This document shows positions 58,391 through 64,000 of a stretch of 64,000 nucleotides of DNA, in pieces. The notes beneath the pieces are model-generated. The model was not told where the DNA came from. It saw only the letters and a list, made by a program, of their open reading frames with translations, and ran no database searches. The first letter of the stretch is position 1. Each line of letters begins with the position of its first letter. The DNA is from Paragordius varius (taxonomy: Eukaryota > Animalia > Nematomorpha). The translations under genes and the position numbers were made by a program. The stretch covers positions 6,076,001 to 6,140,000 of the forward strand of contig OZ176053.1 of the NCBI GenBank assembly GCA_964247055.1, in the 5' to 3' direction.

Positions 58391-60296
58391 TCTATATATT
58401 TATTAAAATGGAAAATGCTGGCTTTGTAATCGGTTTCCGAAAACCCGGTAAACTCGTTCAAATCCAAATGTTGAAAAATATAATCATTAATGAATGCCCC
58501 GACAATAGCTTCGTGCTTTTTTGAATTATGCCCCAGTTCTTGCCCACCCCGTGTGAATAATGGTTTTTTTTGAAAACAGAAGTCCACAAAAATCGTGTCT
58601 TTGAGACAATTTTCCGAAAAACGTGTTGGACCATTCCATTTCAAATATAATTTTTATTTACTTTTTTTGATTGCGCAAAACATAGTCGGCTCGCTTTTTT
58701 AATTTAGGCTTTCTTTTTACCCCCCCCCCCCCCCCCCCCCCCCCCCCGTAAAATGTCATTTTTTTACAAAAATAATTTTTTGAATCTATTTTTCGTCCAA
58801 GGTATGAGAATAAAAATTTAATGAGGATTCCAGGTATTACCTGTTAAAAGGCAAAAATTTTACTCGTGTGTTTTTTTTATATTGACTGATGGGTAAGGCG
58901 ATACCTGCCAAAACTGCCCCGTTTCGAAATAGCGTGCCTTTGGGGCTAAATTTCAGAAAACCAGGCCATATGAGTTTAATTACTTAAAATATTACCCGTA
59001 ACAAGGCAAAAATTTAGGTCATGCGATTTTTAAAATAAGCCGTTAATTAGGCCATTCACGCCCTGAAAAATGCGCCACCGTAGAATGATTTTTCAGTTTT
59101 GGGGCAATTTTTCCAAAAACTAATGAGAACATATGGAATCAATCATGATTCCCGGTATTCTCCGTAAAAAGGCAAAAATTTTAATCAAGTGATTTTTTTA
59201 TCAGCCTATGGGTAGGGAGTTAACCGCCTAAAACTGCGCCACCATATCGAAATTACGTTGTTTAGGAGTTAATTTTCAGAAAACTTATCAAACCATATAA
59301 GTTTAATAAGTGCCTGAATTAGCCGTAAAAAGGCAAAAATTAAAATCGAGCGGTTTTTTAAAGCCGTTAATTAGGCCCTTACCCTAAAAAATGCGCCACC
59401 ATAGAATGACTTTTTGGTTTTGAGGCAACATTTTCAAGAACTTTAGGAACATATGGAATTCATGATACCAGATAGTTCCCATATAAAGGCAAAAATTTTG
59501 CCCAACGCTTTTTTATACCTGCTCCTGGGTAAGGACCTACCCGCCAAAAAACTGCGCCACTATATATAAAATGAGTTGTTAGCTAAGTTAGAGAAAATTT
59601 ATGAAGCCATATGAGCTCATTAAAAGCTTGAAATATTGCCCGTAGGGTAAAATTAAGGTCAGGCGTTTTATTAGCCGTTTATTTGGGGCCTTTGTGCCCT
59701 AAAAATACACCATTATAGATTATTTAGTGTTGAAGTATTATTTTGTATAACCCATGAAACGATGGTATCAATGATGATTCCAAATATTTGCCCTCTAAAG
59801 GCAAAGAATTTAACTCAGAGCTTTTTCCATATAGGTCTATGGGTAGGGGCTACCGGTTTTAAACTAAGACGCCATCTAAAAATGGCGTGGTTTCGAAGCT
59901 GATTAAAAAACTTAAGATACCATACGAGTTCAGTTAATCACATTTCTGGAATTTTTGTATGTCATTCTTTCCTTTAAAAAGGGACCAAAAATGAGTTAGT
60001 TTTTATATCCCTTGATCTCAGCTGTGTGAACACAATTTCAAAATAAAACTTTTAACCATAATTTCGTAAAATAAAAATCTTAAATTAAATCCAAAAATAT
60101 TACCTTTAAAAAGGGACAGTTTAAATATGGTCAATTTCGAGTAAACAAGCCTATGCAAAACCCGTAAAAGAATAATTAAAGACATTCTTTTTATTTAATA
60201 TGTTTTTCATTATTTTATCACCATTACCTCTATATTGCAAATTATTAATAAATAATTAGTGAAACTACGTCACAGCGAAGAGTTACAGCCACTTTG
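58391..60296 (+). mobile_element. Non-autonomous Helitron-like element, copy 2, with expanded internal tandem array
   Basis: Same a|TCTATATAT 5' end and collinear termini as 35407-36568, with a decayed 3' end (actacgtcacagcgaag...). Internal ~160-bp subunits; C28 run at 58720-58747. Confidence 0.7.
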
Positions 60297-61102
60297 TAAA
60301 AATATATAAATACATTTTGGAGAAAAAAAATTTTTACAACATATTTCATCTCTTTTTTTATTTTAAACGTTTTAAATATAGTATTTTTTAGCATTTCAAC
60401 AATTTTTTATAGGAAATGGTAAAAAACAGAAAGTTAATTAGTAATATTAATTTATCTCAAGCATGTAACTTGTTTTTGTCACCAGATTATATTTAAGGGA
60501 TATCAAGACATCTTTGCAATTATTTTAAATTTTTGGTACATCAATATTAATTAAGTACAAATGGTTAAAAATTATATGATTTTATAAGGCCTGATGTCGT
60601 ATATCCTTATTAATAAAGCATGAAATGTGAACAAGATTTGTATTCAGTGTTAAACAATGATCTTTTATATTTTATATTGAATTGTATAATATAAAATTTT
60701 TATTTACAATTGTATGTAATAAACATTTATTATAATTAGTTTAAGGTTAATTAAAACAAATGTTTACATATACGATAGTTAATAAAGGGCTATATTTAGT
60801 GACACTATAATTTTTAAATTATTATTTTAAAGTTATCCTGAAAGTATATATCTATATATATATTAGCCTTGAAGTTAAATAAAAACCCGGAGAATACTTT
60901 TTAAAACAATATCGTTGCAACATAATTTCAAATAATTATTAAAATAAATCTTTGGCTATTTATTTTATTGTATATAAACGAATGACACATTACACACATA
61001 TGTATATATAACATAATGAATGATGACATATATTCTAAAGACATATTATAACACCTAAAAATGGGTGTTAATATGAAATAAAAAGTACTCAAATGATAAA
61101 TA

Positions 61103-64000
61103 TTAAACACGAGACAAATGTTGAATAAGATTGGATGGTAGTATAACTTGCAACTTCTCCAAGACATATCCGCATGGGATGGAGATAAAATTGAAAAACT
61201 ATAAGCATTTAAGGTAAAAATAATTACAAATGTTTTACCATTTATTCTTAGAATTAACCCTTGAACATATAACCAATTTTTTACATATTATTTTTTTAAA
61301 AAAATTAAATTAAATGTTTCAAGGATAATCTCGTTGGTTTTCGCACAGTGTCGATATCAAATAATTGAGTAAAATAATTTAGGCCACGATAATTAAAGGC
61401 GTTAAAAATATTTTGTAAATACTATTTTTTAAAGTACAAGAATTAAAAATGGTAAATTCTGCAAACAATTTCAATTGCGATTTTATATACCCCAAAATTT
61501 TTGATGAATACTCAAAACGTTCAAAGATATTTTATTTTAATGTTCAAGGGCAAATTTGTTTTAGTATAAATAATTGAATCTTAATGTATTATATTATGCA
61601 TATATTATTTTTTACGAATTCTTACTAATTTGGCAAAATTTCCCATATCTTCTGGATACCGATGCGTCAAAAGAGTTAGCAAAGCCATAAGTGTACATAA
61701 ACTGGCCGTAAAAACTATGAAAAATGGCAACTCCTTTTTCGGGTAAACTGATACTTCGTGAAAAGCTATTAATAATATTTGATTACAGACTAAAATAATA
61801 TTATATTGGTACATAATTTATAAACAAAATTTTCATATAATGTGCGGCATAAAATTTATTTTGAGATTTTTTTAAATTTAATTTAAAACAGTTTTACCAG
61901 GTAAAAGTTCCCGATCAGCGGCTTCAGTACATTGGGGATATGGAAAAAATAAATATCCCTTTTCCAACGGATACGGAATTAAACGAAATGCTAGAAAATA
62001 AAAAATATTAATTTTTCATATATATTAAATATAAAATATAAAATTATTTATTAAAAATAAAACAATTTTTCAATTATTATTATAAACTTCCTTCCCAGGT
62101 ACAATGTAATAGGTTAAGAGCGCCGTCTATCCGTTTCCAATGCTGTAAATGAAAAAAAGCGTATGCTATTGCTTCACTATCGCCACGCTTTAATATATGT
62201 TCGGGTGGTAAAATAAGACTTTTCATTTCCAAGAGATACTAAAAAAATATTAAAACAATTTATAATAAAAATGATACGGTAAAGATAAAATTATAAAGAA
62301 AAAAATTTAAAACAAAATGACAAATATTTTTTTCATAAAAACAGCCATATAATTATTTCTCATAACCTTTGTGATTACAGTTTTATTAATTTAATGTGTT
62401 ACCAATTTACATATCCATTTCTTATTAAACAAAAAGTTATATTAACAAAACTTAAGGTTAGAGGATGGTTGTATTTTATTGAAAAATTTTCTAGTTTTAC
62501 CATTTTATCTTTATAATTTTAATTTTTACTGTGTACAGGTAGAGTAAATCACCAATCCAAAAACATTGAAAATAAAAATTATGTTATATAATTCCGTTTT
62601 TCAAACACCCTCAAAAAGTAGTCTAACAGATAAAATCCAACTTTAATTACAATAGATGTAAAATAGTATAAATAAAAACCAATGATGATTTAAAAATATT
62701 TGATAAAACCTTTGGCACATGTGGGTTAAATTCGACGGCCCTATGTATGGCTTCTACCGCATTCATCTCTGCATTATTAAGGCCACGTTTTGATGCTAAT
62801 TCTGGGGAAAATCTATTATAAAGTTTTTTTAAAGGAAGGAGATAATAAACATTATGAATAGCTTATATGTGATGTGTAGAAAGATGTGTTTTTAAACTTG
62901 TTTTAATAGCATGATGTAGATAAGCGAATTATTTTATTCAACTTTATAATATGTTAAAAAAATGTTGAATAGCAAAGATATATGTTTATGTTATATAAAG
63001 GCCAATGTTTTATAATATACTTGTCGGAAACGACCCTGGCCTTGAGTAAAGCAGCTGTGTAACAAATAGTTGCAGATTTCGGCATACTTATATCTAAAAT
63101 TTACATTTTAAATTTAATTAACAAAACATTTTGGATTTAGTTTTGGGCACATAAAATACTTTATATTCATATATGCCGGACAATTGCATAGGTAATCGAT
63201 ATAAACAATGAAAAATATGAGGATTGTCCAACAATTTTAATCATATATCATTGGTAATATAAAAGCATTATATTTATATAGTTTAATTTAGTAAAAAATG
63301 CTTGGATGTTGTATTGAACTTATGAACAAAAATAATATATTCTCAAATAGATAAATTAAGATAAAAATTTTTGCTATTTTAATAAATATGTTATTATTAT
63401 TGTATAATTTTCCCTTTTATTGCAAGCCATTGTGTTTTGTAAAATTTGTTAAGTCGGATCATTTGTTTTTCCAATGATTAACAAACTTATAACGTATTTT
63501 TAGGTTACAAACCATATATACTTGTTTAACTAAAAAATACAAATAATGTCAAAATATCCTTTATGTTCCAACAAAATCAAATTTGAATCCTTCATGGGTA
63601 TCTATTTAATCCTTTTTACATGTTTTATGCCTTTTTAGCTCATTTGGATTATTCCAATAAACTATATTCTTTCAAAATATGTCTGTAATCTATTACCATC
63701 ATATTTGATTAGCAATGCCTGAACATCAGCGTAAGCCTGAATCTCCAATAACACTTCGATCAAATTTTCGTGTATATTAAGTACATTGATGTTTGGAAAT
63801 TCTTTGATCAACTAAAAAAATAGATATTTATAGTTTATTCAATTTTAAAATTGCTCTCCAACTTTTTTCTGTAAAAGAATAGAAATCAACGTCAAATCAA
63901 AAAACCATTCAATAAGTAAAAAACTTAAAATATATTTTTCACAAACAAAAAAAATAATACATACATCTCGCATCATTTTAATAGCTTCTTTGTATTTCCC
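61103..64000 (-). CDS. ST7: Suppression of tumorigenicity 7 homolog, 3' part (5' end beyond window)
   Basis: Exons (minus): >64000-63965, 63811-63697, 63093-63021, 62812-62710, 62238-62088, 61990-61898, 61765-61626, 61198-61103. Translation includes [80 protein letters not shown] and [15 protein letters not shown]. Confidence 0.95.
61236..61570. mobile_element. Diverged MITE family A-like copy in ST7 last intron
   Basis: taccattta..aattaacccttgaaca at the left and tgttcaagggcaaattt at the right resemble family A ends. Confidence 0.45.

Noticed and set aside
60601-60608. ATATCCTT resembling a U12-type donor (also GTATCCTT at 11151)
   Set aside because: Neither lies at a modelled exon boundary. 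One is intergenic and the other is inside a MITE.

Overview
This is a very AT-rich (about three-quarters A+T, judged by eye), intron-containing animal (invertebrate-like) genomic window read with the standard code. I rebuilt exon chains by hand from GT-AG boundaries, reading-frame phase and recalled protein similarity; no database search was run. The genes are: a 14-exon doublecortin-like kinase (+), a divergent peptide-receptor-like class A GPCR (-, first exon not found), a 14-exon MTSS1/MIM I-BAR gene (+), an orphan low-complexity gene (-), a 9-exon S-adenosylhomocysteine hydrolase (-), an 11-exon Sec61 alpha (+) and the 3' part of ST7 (-). Non-coding space is dense with DNA transposon debris: TA-flanked MITEs, a hAT MITE with a perfect 8-bp target-site duplication (TSD), two foldback-like elements, two Helitron-like copies and a decayed mariner. 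The strongest unusual signal is in the splicing. Four frame-required introns are only 23, 27, 28 and 32 nt long, and all are the first or second coding intron of their gene. Every other intron modelled is 63-5226 nt, and the 5' splice sites are unusually degenerate.
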